NCBI GenBank assembly: GCA_965240325.2
Contig: OZ251234.1
Coordinates: 372,001 to 436,000 of the forward strand
Origin: Rebecca billardiae RCC1528
Lineage: Eukaryota; Protista; Haptophyta
Reading direction: 5' to 3'
DNA length: 64,000 nucleotides
Part shown: piece after piece, positions 1 to 13,100 of the stretch
Position numbering within the stretch: the first letter of the stretch is position 1
Layout of the letters: the number at the start of each line of letters is the position of its first letter
Program-made: the position numbers and the translations under genes
The notes under the pieces: model-generated
The model's database searches: none
Told to the model about the DNA's origin: nothing
The model's input: the letters and a program-made list of their open reading frames with translations, nothing else

Positions 1-842
1 GCCACGAACAGACCGGCACAGGCAGGTGAGGGGCGCGTTGCCGCCGCACCGCTGGCATCGAGGCGGCCATTGCAGCAAGCGGCCGCCCCGCGCTCGGAGG
101 CACGCGCTCACACTTCACAGTAATATTTTCTCCCGCCAGCGTATACGCGCCCGCAGTCGGAGCACAGGATCGCGAGCCGAGCGGGTGATGCTGTCTCATC
201 GTCAAGTGTCTGTTTCGGCACTCGGCGTGAGTGAGAGACCGTGTGCCGCAAGCACTCGAGGCGTGATTCAGGGCATCGCCACTATATGACGATGCTGCTG
301 ATCTCGAGATCAGTGTTACACCCGACTCTGCACTACGCTAAGTACGCTTGCGCCCGACCCGCGGACCGCGCGGTGACAACGACTACAGATATAGTTCGTC
401 GTGATCATTTGTCATCACATCCGAAGGTGCTGCTGGACGCTGGCGTCGTACTCTATTGTAAGCGCCGAGTGCCCGATGTCAGGGGGCAGGGCGCGTCCGC
501 GACGAGCGCCCGAGGCCGCCTGGAGGGCGCCATCCGCCGGACGGCAGCCGATTGTTTGTTGCGGACTCGCGGAGTGACAGAGGCTGCGGCTCATCCGCGC
601 CGAAGAGCTCTGGCTCACGACTCTGCGGTCACACGGTCACGGCTGGCACGGTCTGCGGCGGTGTGATGTATTAATCGGGCGGGCCGTACTCTCACGGCAC
701 GAAAGCTAGACTGCCCGCCCCGTAGTACTGCAATAATAATACTCGGCCTGGGGCGATCACCTCACTGCTCAGGGGCCGTTGCGCCAGCTTGACAACTGAA
801 CACGGCCGTTCCCAGTCTCATTCTTCAGATCTCGCTTTTCAA

Positions 843-847
<5 letters not shown>

Positions 848-899
<52 letters not shown>
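848..899. repeat. (AT)26 microsatellite
   Basis: Perfect dinucleotide run in an otherwise GC-rich sequence. Confidence 0.97.
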
Positions 900-901
<2 letters not shown>

Positions 902-934
902 CGCGCCCTAGTATTATAACTACCCCATTGTGAC

Positions 935-1289
935 CAAGGGGGTTATTCACTATCTAGGGGGGAGAAAGCATGCAGCGGGACCGCATGATCAGGTGCGCCG
1001 CAGCGCCGTCCCGCTCTGTCTCGGGAAGCGAGCGTCCGGTGTTCCGTCCCATACTCCCATACTTAAAGCGACGAACACGTTTTGCTCGTCGTCGTTTGAC
1101 GTTTTGACGATGACGAAATATTTTGCTCCCGGACCGATGGATTTACATGGGAAAACACCGCCGGACACTCTCGCTTCCCGAGACGGGACGGGATGGCGCA
1201 CCTGAATCCTGATGGTCCCGCCGGACTGGCCGGAGCCCCCGCTGTGCTTTCTCCCCCCTTGCGGGGCCTTGATTGAATGAACCCCCTTG
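935..1289. mobile_element. Non-autonomous foldback DNA transposon (MITE), possibly P-superfamily-like
   Basis: Perfect 10-bp terminal inverted repeats CAAGGGGGTT (935-944) / AACCCCCTTG (1280-1289). Further nested inverted blocks at 957-970/1245-1258, 975-982/1214-1221 and ~987-1052/1147-1208. Flanked by the 7-bp direct repeat TTGTGAC (928-934 and 1290-1296). Confidence 0.85.
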
Positions 1290-1878
1290 TTGTGACTACC
1301 GCCGTTAATTCTGTATGCATCAATTTACCCACCAGGCACTGGGTCCAAGGATCCCGGCTGGGACTGGGAGTCTTGCGGGTCCGTTCGGGCGTTTACGAAT
1401 CCGCAGCAGTGGCGCCGACTCTGACTGGCGGAGGCCAGTACGCTCCGCTGCTCCGACTGACACTAGCCATACTAGTGATGCTGCTAGTGCTAGTGACGCA
1501 GCTGCTGCCGGCTTTTTTATTGCCGCCGGTATAGCCTATAGGTACTAGGCTTCGTCCACAGACCGGTCCGGTCCATCACTCGCCTGACACTGGCATCCCG
1601 TACCGCCGTACGTGCCGCGCGGCCACGTACGGGATGCCGAGCGGCGTGACGATGTGCAGGAGGAAGAACTCGAGGCCATCCTGCCTTTGCCGCTGCCTTT
1701 GCCGGCGGTCCCACGGCCGGCACGGCGCCATGCTGACGATGTCGATCCGGTAGGAGACATACCGTCCGTATCAGCTCAGGACAAAAAGGCAGCGGCTTTT
1801 GGTATCAGCAGCAGTTGGCAGATGGCCCGGAGGCACCTTAATTACCCGCACTGGCCTATATTGGGTTTATACGCGGTC

Positions 1879-1936
1879 AATCGGGCGGGCCACAAAGGGT
1901 CCTCGATTTCTGGTTGAGCCTGATGAGAACCAATAG
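1879..1936 (+). promoter_or_regulatory. Candidate proximal promoter elements (GC box and CCAAT box)
   Basis: GGGCGG within 1879-1891 and AACCAATAG at 1928-1936, about 175-230 bp upstream of the ATG. Short motifs only; the TSS is unknown. Confidence 0.25.
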
Positions 1937-2108
1937 CAATGCGGCAGAGCAGACGGTCCACCGCTCCAAAGGTGCCAAGGTAACGGACATGCGGGTACGC
2001 GCTTAGGCCAGTCCTTTTTTAGCAATAAGTGCGGCCCGATGCAACCGCGGCGACGCCCGCTGCGCGCGCGACCTGTTGGTGTGCCCCTCGCCGCCCTCGC
2101 CGCCAGCG

Positions 2109-2291
2109 ATGGTGGCTCTCTGGGCCGCGCAGCGCCTCGGGCTTGCGCCCCGCGCACAAGGCGCGTCCGCGCGCGCGTGCTCGCGGAGCGCGGGCGCCGG
2201 CGCGCTGCCCAAGGCGCGCTCCGCCCGCGCACTCGCAACCCCGATCGCACTGCTCCTCCTGCTCGCCGCATCGCTCGTGGCGGCGCGCTCC
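2109..2291 (+). other. Signal peptide or signal anchor with a long (~45 aa) basic n-region
   Basis: Hydrophobic core IALLLLLAASLVAA (2244-2285) follows an Arg/Ala-rich region and precedes R-S-D-A. No other TM-length hydrophobic segment was seen in the protein. Confidence 0.7.
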
Positions 2292-4433
2292 GACGCTGAC
2301 GTGAGCGCCGCCGCGCCGGCCGAGACGGCGGGGGACGCGCAAGCAACAAGTACCGCCGCCGCCGCTCCGGCAGGCGGCGTCGATGCCGCACGCGGCGTCG
2401 GCCCCGACGCGCTCGCCGGCGCGTCGGACGGCCGCCGTCGCCTCACCGGCGTCGACTCTGACGAAGATGGAGTCATCGACATGGACCCAGCGGAGTCGTG
2501 CACGCGTCTGTACGCTCAGGTGAGCTCGGACAGCGCCGGCTACTCCGACGAAGACTGGACCCACATCTTTCGGCTCAACGACGACGAGGAGGACGCCAAC
2601 CTCGACATCAGCTGCGGCAACCTGCCGCTCACGATCGATGTGAAGCTGTCCTCCGAGCCGTTCAGCGACGAAGACGAAGACGACGACGACGACGACTCAG
2701 GCAACAATGGCAAGGGCAAGGGGAACAACCGCCTTCGCCGCCGCCTGCAAGACATCGACTTGAGCGACCTGTACGTGCGTATCAGCTCGAACTGGTGGCT
2801 CAGTCGGCCCAAGCAGATCAAGTTCTCCATGATGGACGAGGAGGACGACTACTACGTGGTCGCCGAGTACACGTTTGACGACGACGTCACCTCGTCGTGC
2901 GGCAACGGGCACACGTCGTTCGGCGGGCAGCTGTGCTCGTACGGCGGGCTGTACCAGCGCTCGTTCAAGACGGTGCACATGGGCACGCCGCCGGCCGGCG
3001 CGACGGGCGACCTGCGCATCGAGATCCTCACCGGCTGGTGCGCGAGCTACTACATCGAGCTGTGGGACATTGACTTCCTCGTCGGCTGCGGCTCGCCGCC
3101 GCCGCCGCCGCCGTCGCCCGCGCCGCCGCCGCCGCAGCCGGCGGAGCTCTCGCCGCCGGCCGGGTGCGACTACATCGAGGTCATCATCGTGCCCGACTTC
3201 TACCTCCAGGAGACCTCGTGGCACGTGAAGGAGGTCGACCCGTCGCTGCTCGACGAGGAGCCAGAGTCGGTGGCGTGCACGTCGGCGATCGCCTTCTCCG
3301 ACTGCGGCGTGCCGGGCGAGATCAAGCTGCAGGGCATCCACCAGCAGTCGGGCTCGTACTGCGCGCCGCCCGGCGTGTACACCTTCGAGATCTTCGACAT
3401 CTACGGCGACGGCCTCATCCCCGAGGCCCACTTCCGGCTCTACGTCAGCGGCACGCTCATCTCCATGGACTCCAACTTTGGCGGCTACCACATCAAGACG
3501 TTCACCGTGCCGCTCAGCCCGCCGAGCCCGCCCACGCCGCCGCTCTCGCCGCCGCCGCCCTCGCCCGTCGACTACTGCGTGCAGTTCGAGGTGAACATCG
3601 TGCAGGACCCGTGGCCGTACGAGACCGAGTGGTCGATCACCGACGACAGCACCAACGAGGTGCTGTACGAGAAGGCGCTGCAGCAGTCGGGCGACGGCTG
3701 CCTCAAGCCGGGCTCGTACACGTTTGAGATCCTCGACTCGTACGGCGACGGCATCTACTTCGGCTCGTACACGCTGATCGTCGACGGCGTGGTCGTGCGG
3801 CAGGACTCGAACTTCGGGCACCAGGACCTGTACACGATCGTCGTCGAGCCGCAGCAGGAGGCCTCGCCGCCGCCGCTCTCGCCGTCGCCGCCGCCGCCGC
3901 CGCCGCCGCCGCCGTCCATCGCGCCGCCGCTGCCGCCGATGAGCTACGACCTGTGCAGCCCGCTCGAGTGCACCAACGCCGAGGCGCGGCTGGACTGGAA
4001 GGCGTCGTGGCCGCTGTCGCGCACGTTCACGCAGTACGGCTACCAGTGGACGCAGACGGCCGACATGAAGTTCGTCGCGCTCGGCACGCACAAGCTCAAG
4101 ATGATCGACGCGGACAACCAGCCGCAGCCGGGCGAGAGCGGCCAGCGCAGCAACAAGAACGACGGCTGCGAGCGCACGTGCCTCTGCCTGTGCGCCGCGC
4201 ACCCGGACTGCATGGCGTTCGAGTACAAGCTGACCGGCTCGCACACGCGGTGCGACTTCTTCAAGAGCGCGCCGCCCAAGAGCGGGCAGGCCAACGACCA
4301 GCAGTACATCACCGTGTGGGAGCGCTCGGGCGACTACGACCCCATCTTCTGGAACGCGGGCGGCACGCCGCCGCCCTCGCCGCCGCCGCCCTCGCCCGCC
4401 TCGCCGCCGCCGCCGCCGCCCACGCCGCCGCAG

Positions 4434-4484
<51 letters not shown>

Positions 4485-6604
4485 ATGCCGATGCCGCCGC
4501 CCAGCCCGCCGCCGCCCAGCCCGCCCTCGCCGCTCTCGCCGCCGCCGCCGCCGAGCCCGCCGCCGCCGCCGTCGCCGAGCCCGCCGCCCTTCCCGCCGCT
4601 GCTCTTCCGCGACGAGTTCACCGACGCGTTCCGCTCGAGCAACGTCCTGTGGGACTTTTTGCCGCTCGACGAGGACGGGCGCTCGGAGTACTGGCACGTG
4701 CACGACTTCGGCATGATGCTGCAGAACGGCGAGCGCCGCGCCGTGCGCTGGGCGCAGGCCATCGGCTCGGCGACCGACTACGACGGCGAGTCGTTTGCGG
4801 TCGGCGCGACGTTTGAGATGTCCAAGCCGCCGCTGCACACGTCGATGGCCGCGGAGGACTCGGCCACCATCATGGTGTGCACGGACAACGAGCACTTCGG
4901 CTGGGTGCAGGGGCCCGAGCCGGGCTGCGTCAAGCTGGTGGTCACGCAGATGGGCTTCCTCGGCCTGCGCTTTGTCGGGTACGGGCAGGCCGGCAACACG
5001 GCGTCCGCCTACTGCTCGTACGAGCCGGACGACGACTTTGAGGGCGACGGCGACGGCTTCGACTTTGAGGGCGACGGCGAGGAGGGCACGCTGACGGGCG
5101 GCTTCGGCGGCTTCGGCGAGCTCTCGCGCCGCCGCCAGCTCCGCCAGCTGCGCGAGGAGCAGCGCCGCCGCCTCCAGGCCGGCGACGACGACGACGACGA
5201 CGGCGACGGCGACGGCGAGCTGATCAACCTCAACCTCAACTCCCTCTTCGACCTCGGGCCGATCAGCGCCATCACGCGCGCGCGCGCGACGAGCATCGGC
5301 GTGCGCGTCACGCCCAACCGCGTGTACTTCTACAACGAGGGCAGCAGCTGCGGCTCGCTCCAGCTCGAGGACGACCTCGGCTCGTCGCCGCGCCTCTTCG
5401 CCTACCTCGGCGTGGACCAGAAGAACAAGCACTACGTCGAGTGGCACAACTTCCACGTGCTGTCGGACGGCGAGGACAACCACGGGCCGCACCAGGACCT
5501 GCCGATCGTCGAGACCTTCGACGGCTCGCCCGCCGACTCGGCGCACAAGTGGCTGATCGCTGAGCCCGACGTGCACCGCGTGCGCTTCATGCCGCCGGGC
5601 ATGCTCAAGGGCGGCGGGCAGCGCAAGATGGTCGTGAAGCCGCCGATGCTCGTCGACAACTTCCGCGTCGAGGTGAAGATGCACCCGCGCGGCGCGGACA
5701 ACGACGTCGCGCTCTTCGTGTGCGACGCGGACAACGCGCCGTCGATGGCCTCGCCCGAGTGGAGCTGGGGGCAGGTCGCCGGGTGCTACCGCTTCGACCT
5801 GCGCGACAACGTGCAGGTCGCCCCGTCGACCGGCGGCGGCGGCGTCTCCGCGCACACGCTCGTCAAGCGCGTCGTCACCGCCGACGGCTCGGCGACCTCA
5901 GGCGGGCTGCCGGACGTGGAGTGCGCGCTCGAGGCGGCCGAGAGCGGCACGACGGCCGGCGGGGCGGTGGGCGTGCTCGGCGGCGCGTACGGCGCGGGCC
6001 GGCCGGCGGTCACCCTCTCGGTGACCGTGCGCCGCGACCACATGGTCTTTGAGGACGACGCGGGCTGCGCCGCCATCACCGTGCCCAACATGCTGCGCGG
6101 CAAGCCGTACAGGCTCGGGCTCGGCTTTGACGAGGACTCGGGCCGCAAGACGTTCGCCTCGCACTTCCGCGTGTACGCCGGCGAGGAGCCCGAGGGGCAG
6201 CGCTCGTGCCACGACTACTGCGCCGAGGCGGGCCACTGCTGCTCGGCGGGCGCCTCCGTGCGCCAGTCCGCCGGCCAGTACCACTCGTGCCTGCAGGGCT
6301 GCATGATGATCCGCTTTGGCGAGCACGCGGGCAGCTTTGAGGAGGTGCACGCGCGCTGCGCGACGTGCGCGCCGGGCAACACCGACCCGGCGTGCCTGCA
6401 CCCCGACAGCTCGTACTCCGCGTTCCGCTACTGCGGCTTCCACGACGGCGTGCTCGGCGACCTCGACACGTGCGCGCCGGCGACCAGCTGCGCGGACGCG
6501 GCGACGTGCACCGAGCCGCCGTCGGTCGACGGCTGCGTGTACGGCACGCTGTTCGGCCAGCCGAGCCCGCCGCCGTCGCCGCCGTCGCCGCCGTCGCCGC
6601 CGTC

Positions 6605-6637
<33 letters not shown>

Positions 6638-7894
6638 CTCGCCGCCGCCGCCGTCGCCCTCGCCGCCGCCGCCGCCGCTCCCGCCCATCCAGCCGTGCGA
6701 GCCCATCCCCACGTACCTGCTGTCCGCGACGCGCACGCTGCTCGTCACGGCCGACCTCGCCAACAACCCGGCGGTGCTCGAGGGCATCAGCGCGTTCGAC
6801 GCGGGCGAGGGCACGTTCGTCGCGGTGAACGGGAACACGCAGCTCAGCTCGATCGCGGGCGCGGTCAGCGGCAGCGGCCAGCTCACCGTCGCGGCCAACG
6901 TGCTCGCCGACCTGCGCTACGCCCGCGCGCTGCAGCTCGGCCAGACGGCGACCTGGTCGTGCAGCGAGCTGCCGCTCTCGATCACGTTCCGCGTGGGCGG
7001 CGGCGAGCCCGCGCGCTCGGAGATGTACCTGCGCCTGCAGTCGGACTGGTGGATGAAGCGCCCGAAGGACATGCGGCTGCACGCGCGCCTCGAGGACGGC
7101 TCGTGGGCGCTCGAGGCCGAGTTCACCTTCCCGAGCGACCTCGCGACGGTGTGCGGCGACGGCGTCGACACGTTCGGCGGCGAGCCGTGCTCGGTCGGCC
7201 TGAGCTCGTACCTCCACGTGCCCGTCGGCGCGCCGCCCGAGGGCGCGACGGGCGAGTACCGGCTCACGGTCCTCAGCTCGTACTGCAACGGCAACTGGAT
7301 GATGATCAAGTCGGCGCTCATGCTGTCTGCCGGCTGCCCCAGCCCGCCGCCGCCGCCGAGCGCGCCGCCGCAGCCGCCGCCCGCGCCGCCGCCGCCGCCG
7401 CCGGCCCCGCCGCCGCTGCCGCCCGCCGACTTCTCGCTGTGCGACTCGATCACGTGCGAGCTCGCGCCGTACGTCGTCCCCTTCGACGGCGACACCGAGG
7501 TCTCCTTCGGCGTCTTCGGCTACGAGTTCAAGCGCATCCCGAACCGGCGCTCCAACCAGCCGCGGCTGTCGGAGGCGGACCTGCTGCGCATCTTCACCGC
7601 GACCGGCGCGTTCGACGGCCCGACCGCGCCCGCCGCGGGCGCGCTCGAGTGGCGGCTCGAGAGCTCGTGCGAGCGGCAGTGCGCGTGCTACTGCGCGCGC
7701 GCGCCGCGCTGCGCCGCCTTCGACTTCACCGGCGTGAACAGCGTGTGCCGCCTGCTGACGAACGCGGACGTGCCGCTCACGCCCACGCCGCCGGGCAGCG
7801 AGACCGCCCACTACAAGCGCGGCGACCAGATGCCGTTCTCGCCGCCGCCGCCCCTGTCGCCGCCGACGCCGCCGCCCTCGCCGATGCCCGAGCC

Positions 7895-7937
<43 letters not shown>

Positions 7938-8358
7938 AGCCCGCCGAGCCCGCCGCCGCGCGAGGTCGCGTGCCAGGACCACTGCTCGCAGCGCGGCTAC
8001 TGCTGCAACGTCGACTACGAGAAGTCGACGGGCCAGCGCCACTCGTGCCTGCAGGGCTGCATGATGATCCGCTTCGGCGAGGACGCGGGCGACCTGGAGG
8101 GCGTGTTCAAGCGCTGCGCGACGTGCGCGCCCGACGCGCCCGCGTCCGTGCACCACCCGGACTGCGACGCGGAGGACCTCTCGCCGCCCAACACGCGCGC
8201 CGTCTACTCGGGGTACAACGACGCCGCGCTCGACGTGCGCCTCAAGACCATCGGCGGGATGTGCCAGGACGTGCGCGAGGAGTCGTGCTTCCGCATGCCG
8301 AGCATCGAGGCGTGCCGCTACGGCGCGCTCTTCGGCCAGCCCAGCCCGCCGCCCTCGA

Positions 8359-8392
<34 letters not shown>

Positions 8393-11300
8393 CGCGGGCG
8401 CGCCCGAGCCGCCCGAGAACGTGCGCCTCTTCTTCTCAGAGTACTGCGACCGGAACGGCCCCGCCGAGTACGTGGAGATCTACAACGGCGGCGAGGTCAC
8501 CGCGTACATGGACGAGGGGTGGGTGCTCGCGATGAACAAGAACGGGCCGCCCACCGTGCCCGGCCAGTGGCACGTCTTCTGGCGCTTCGCCGACGTCTTC
8601 CCCGACGTGACGATCGCGCCGGGCGCCGTGCTCGTGATCGCCAAGATGGGCGCGACCGACCACGTCGCCGAGATCGCCGACCTCCTCGTCGAGGGGTGGT
8701 TCTCCGACGGGAACGACGCGCTCGCGCTGCTCTACGGCATCCACAATCGGGAGGGCGCGTACACCGTCGTCGACCAGATCGGCGACCCGCTCACGCCCGC
8801 GACGGTCGCCATGCCCTCGGGCGCCGCCCAGCGGCCGCCGTGGGACGTGGCGGGCGTCGTCGGCGCGACCAAGGACCACGTGCTCGTGCGCCGGCGCGAC
8901 GTGCTGCACGGGAACGGCGGGGACTGGCTCGGCTCGGCCGGCTCGTCCGCGCTCGACTCGGAGTGGATGGTGCTGCCGCGCGACGAAGAGAGCTTCGTCG
9001 GCTTCCACCCGCACGAGTTCAACCCGTCGCCGCCGCCGCCGATGCCGCCGCCGAGCCCGCCGCCGAGCCCGCCGTGCTTCCCGGTGCGCGTCGACATCGC
9101 GCCCGACCCGTGGCGGTACGAGACGCAGTGGACGATCACGCGGCTCTCGGACGAGGAGCTGATGGCGAAGGAGGAGAACTCGAACTCGTGGGCCGGCTGC
9201 CTCGGCGCGGGCGTCTACGACTTCGCCATCACCGACGACTGGGGCGACGGCATCGTCGGCGACGGCACGCCGCTCGACGGCGTCGAGCTCGTCGCCGAGG
9301 CGACGGTGATCGCCGCCGCGACCAACTTCGGCTCGGAGATGCACAAGACGTTCACGCTGCCGCTGCCGCCGTGCACCGACGTCGCGGTCGAGTTCATCCA
9401 GGACCCGTGGTACTGGGAGACCTCGTTCTACATCACGCACGTCACCTCGGGCGCGACGGTGATGCAGGGGATCAACCAGGTGGGCGACGACTCGTGCCTC
9501 GAGGACGGCTCGTACCGGCTGGTGATCACCGACACGTACGGCGACGGCGTGTCGCTCGGCGCGGTGATCTTCAAGATCGGCGGCGAGATCATCTTCTCCG
9601 ACGACGACTTCGGCTACCAGATCATCTTCCCCTTCACGCTGCCGTACGACGGCGCCGAGACGGAGGGGCCCGATCTGCCGCCGCCGCCGTCGCAGATCCT
9701 CTTCGACGACTTCACCGACGCGGGCGGCTCGTCCGAGCTGTGGGACCACCTCGACCTGCAGATCTACGGCACGGTCTGGATCGAGGAGTCGGGCATGCTC
9801 GCCTCCACCGGCTCGGGCGTCGCCGTGCGCAAGCTCGCCGCGCTCGGCACCGCCGCGGACTACGGCGGCGAGTACACGGTGACCGCGCAGTATCTGCCCG
9901 TGTACGACCGGCTCACGGACGACGACGCGCTCGTGATGCTGTGCACGCTGCCCGACGTGCACGAGGTGAAGCCGTTCGTCGCGGACACGCACCTGCGCTT
10001 CGAGCAGCCCGGCTGCGTCAAGTTCCTCATGCACGACGTCTTCTCGCGCACGCTCAAGCGCATCTTCGGCGAGACCTCGCGCTCGGCCGAGCCGTACTGC
10101 TTCCCGAACACGGACGGCAACACGATGACCGTCAAGGTGACGCCCACCAGCGTCGTCTTCACGGACGACGTGGGCTGCGCGACGCTCGAGATGGAGACGG
10201 ACATCGGCGCGCGCGCCGAGCCGATCTACCTCTACCTCGGCTCGGACGAGGACTACGGCCGCTGGCTCGAGTGGAAGTTCGTCGAGATCAAGGACGCGTC
10301 GGGCGGCGTCGTGTTCTACGACTCGTTCGACGAGCCGGCCTTCTTCGACGCGGAGTGGGACATCGCGCTGAACCAGACGCTGAACCACCGGTACATCGGG
10401 CCGGGCACGCTCAAGATGCGCGGGCAGCGCAAGCTCGTCACGAAGCAGCCGTTCAACGCCGCCTCCTTCCGCGTGACGATGCACGTGTCCACGCACCACC
10501 TCGTCGTGCCGGACGACGACAACTTCGTCATCTGGGTGTGCGAGCTGGGCGCGTCCGAGACGCTCTCGTCGTTCTGGTCGTGGTCGGCGTCGTCGGGCTG
10601 CGTGCGCATGGACGCGATGGGCGAGTCGCGCTCGCTGCGCAAGCGCGGCCTCGCGGGCGGCGTGTACACCGACTCCGTCACGTGCAAGATGCCAGCCGAG
10701 CTGCTGCTGACGGTCGACGTGGCCGAGGGCGTGATGGAGTTCTCCGACGACGCGGGCTGCCCGCGCGTGCACGTCGAGCACTCGCTCTCGCCGCCGTACA
10801 AGGTGGGGATCGGCACGCACGAGCCGCACGGCATCTGGTCGTGGTTCCACTCGGTCAACATCACGCACAACCTCACCTACGCCGAGTCGCCGCCCACGCC
10901 GCCGCGGCCGCCGCCGCCGTCGGCGAGCCCGCCGCCCAACCTGGGCGGCTCGTGCCCCGTGCAGCACCTCAACCCGGGCTCGCAGATCCTCGACTGCGGC
11001 AACGCGGTCTCGGGGAACACGGTGGGCGCGCCCAACGTGTACCACAACCTCGCGGGCGAGCACTGGTACTCGATCAACGTGGACACGACCAAGCAGGTGG
11101 TGATCACCTCGTGCGCGGACGACGCGTTCGACCAGTACCTCCACCTGTACCAAGGCTGCCCGGCGAGCGGCGGCGTGCGCATCAAGTACAACGACGACTC
11201 GTACTGCACGACGCACACGGAGGGCAACCACTACTCGCTGCAGCCCACCATCAACGTCAACCTCGAGGCGGGCGTCGACTACTACCTCATGGTCGAGGGC

Positions 11301-11900
11301 TACTACTGGTTCGAGGGCTACTACGTCGTCGAGATGTTCTGCCCGGGCGACTCGCCGTGGCCGCCGCCGCCGTCGGAGCCGCCGTCCGCGCCGCCGTCGC
11401 CGCCGTCGCCGCCGCCGCCGCCGCCGTCGCCGCCGCCGTACCCGCCGGGCTTCTGCCCGGTGCTCGGCCTCGAGCCGCCTCGCGCCGGCGCCGAGCAGCT
11501 GCTCATGTGCGGCGAGACCGTGAGCGGCGACACGACGGGCGCGCCGGTCGCGATCGGCGCCAACGTCGCGGGCCACTCCAACTCGGGCCAGCACTGGTAC
11601 CGGGTGCTCGTGAACGTGCCCGAGGGCTCGACGTTCCACGTGACGCTGGACACGTGCGCGGAGGCGCTCGCGACGACGGGCTTCGACACGCGCCTCCACC
11701 TCTACCGCGGCTGCCCCACGCGCGACGGCGTGCGGCTGAGCAACAACCTCGTCGGCCCGGCGTGGGACGACGACCCGACGTGCGCGTACGGCAACTCGCG
11801 CTCGCGCATCGAGTACGAGCTGCAGCCGGCAGAGGAGTACTTCGTCGCGGTGCAGGGCTTCTCGACGCACGAGGGGCCGTACGAGCTGCGCCTCACGTGC

Positions 11901-11931
<31 letters not shown>

Positions 11932-12917
11932 CAAGCCCGCCGCCGCCGCCGAGCCCGCCGCCGAGCCCGCCGCCGAGCCCGCCGCCGCCGCCGCCGCCGC
12001 CGACGCCGCCGCCGAGCCCGCCGCCGAGCCCGCCGCCGCCGCCGCCGCCGCCGACCCCGCCGCCCAGCCCGCCGCCGCCGCCGCCGCCGACGCCGCCGCC
12101 GAGCCCGCCGCCGAGCCCGCCGCCGAGCCCGCCGCCGAGCCCGCCGCCGAGCCCGCCACCGCCAAGCCAGCCGCCGCCGCCGCCCACGCCTCCGCCGCCG
12201 TTCGCGCCACCCGACCCGAGCCCGCCGCCCGTGCCGCCGCCGAGCCCGCCGCCCGCGCCGCCGCCGACGCCGCCGCCGAGCCCGCCGCCGCCGTCGCCGC
12301 CGCCAAGCCCGCCGCCGAGCTCGCCGCCGGCGCCGCCGCCGAGCCCGCCGCCGAGCCCGCCGCCAAGCCCGCCGCCGAGCCCGCCGCCGTCGCCGCCGCC
12401 GAGCCCGCCGCCGCCGCCTCCGCCGTCGCCGCCGCCGAGCCCGCCGCCGCCGCCGCCGCCGAGCCCGCCGCCGAGCCCGCCGCCGAGCCCGCCGCCGCCG
12501 CCGCCGCCGAGCCCGCCGCCGAGCCCGCCGCCGAGCCCGCCGCCGAGCCCGCCGCCCTCTCCGCCGCCGCCGAGCCCGCCGCCGAGCCCGCCGCCATCGC
12601 CGCCGCCATCGCCGCCGCCGAGCCCGCCGCCGCCGTCCCCGCCGCCGTCGCCGCCGCCGAGCCCGCCGCCGTCGCCGCCGCCCTCGCCGCCGCCGCCGAG
12701 CCCGCCGCCGTCGCCGCCGCCGTCGCCGCCGCCGCCGAGCCCGCCGCCGAGCCCGCCGCCGTCGCCGCCTCCGGCTCCGCCGCCGAGCCCGCCGCCGCCG
12801 CCACCCGCGCCCCCTCCGCTCCCGCCGCCGCCGCCGTCGCCCTCGCCGCCGCCGCCGCCGCCGCCACCGAGCCCGCCGCCGTCGCCGCCGCCGCCGCGCC
12901 CGCCGCCGTCGCCGCCG

Positions 12918-12950
<33 letters not shown>

Positions 12951-13034
12951 CCGTCTTCGCCGCCGCCCTCGGCGCCGCCTCCGCCGTCTCCGCCGCCGCC
13001 ACCCAGCCCGCCGCCGCCGTCTCCGCCGCCGCCG

Positions 13035-13100
<66 letters not shown>

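Noticed and set aside
673-1891. 13-bp direct repeat AATCGGGCGGGCC at 673-685 and 1879-1891 as element termini
   Set aside because: Too short, with no accompanying inverted repeats or LTR features. It may be chance or a GC-box motif.
26-1917. Short upstream ORFs (241-666, 930-1205, 1277-1534, 1612-1917)
   Set aside because: They lack the gene's codon bias and have no recognisable motifs. 930-1205 lies almost entirely inside the MITE.
2076-2108. ORF-track start at 2076
   Set aside because: The codon is TTG. The context is eukaryotic, and ATG 2109 has a good Kozak context.
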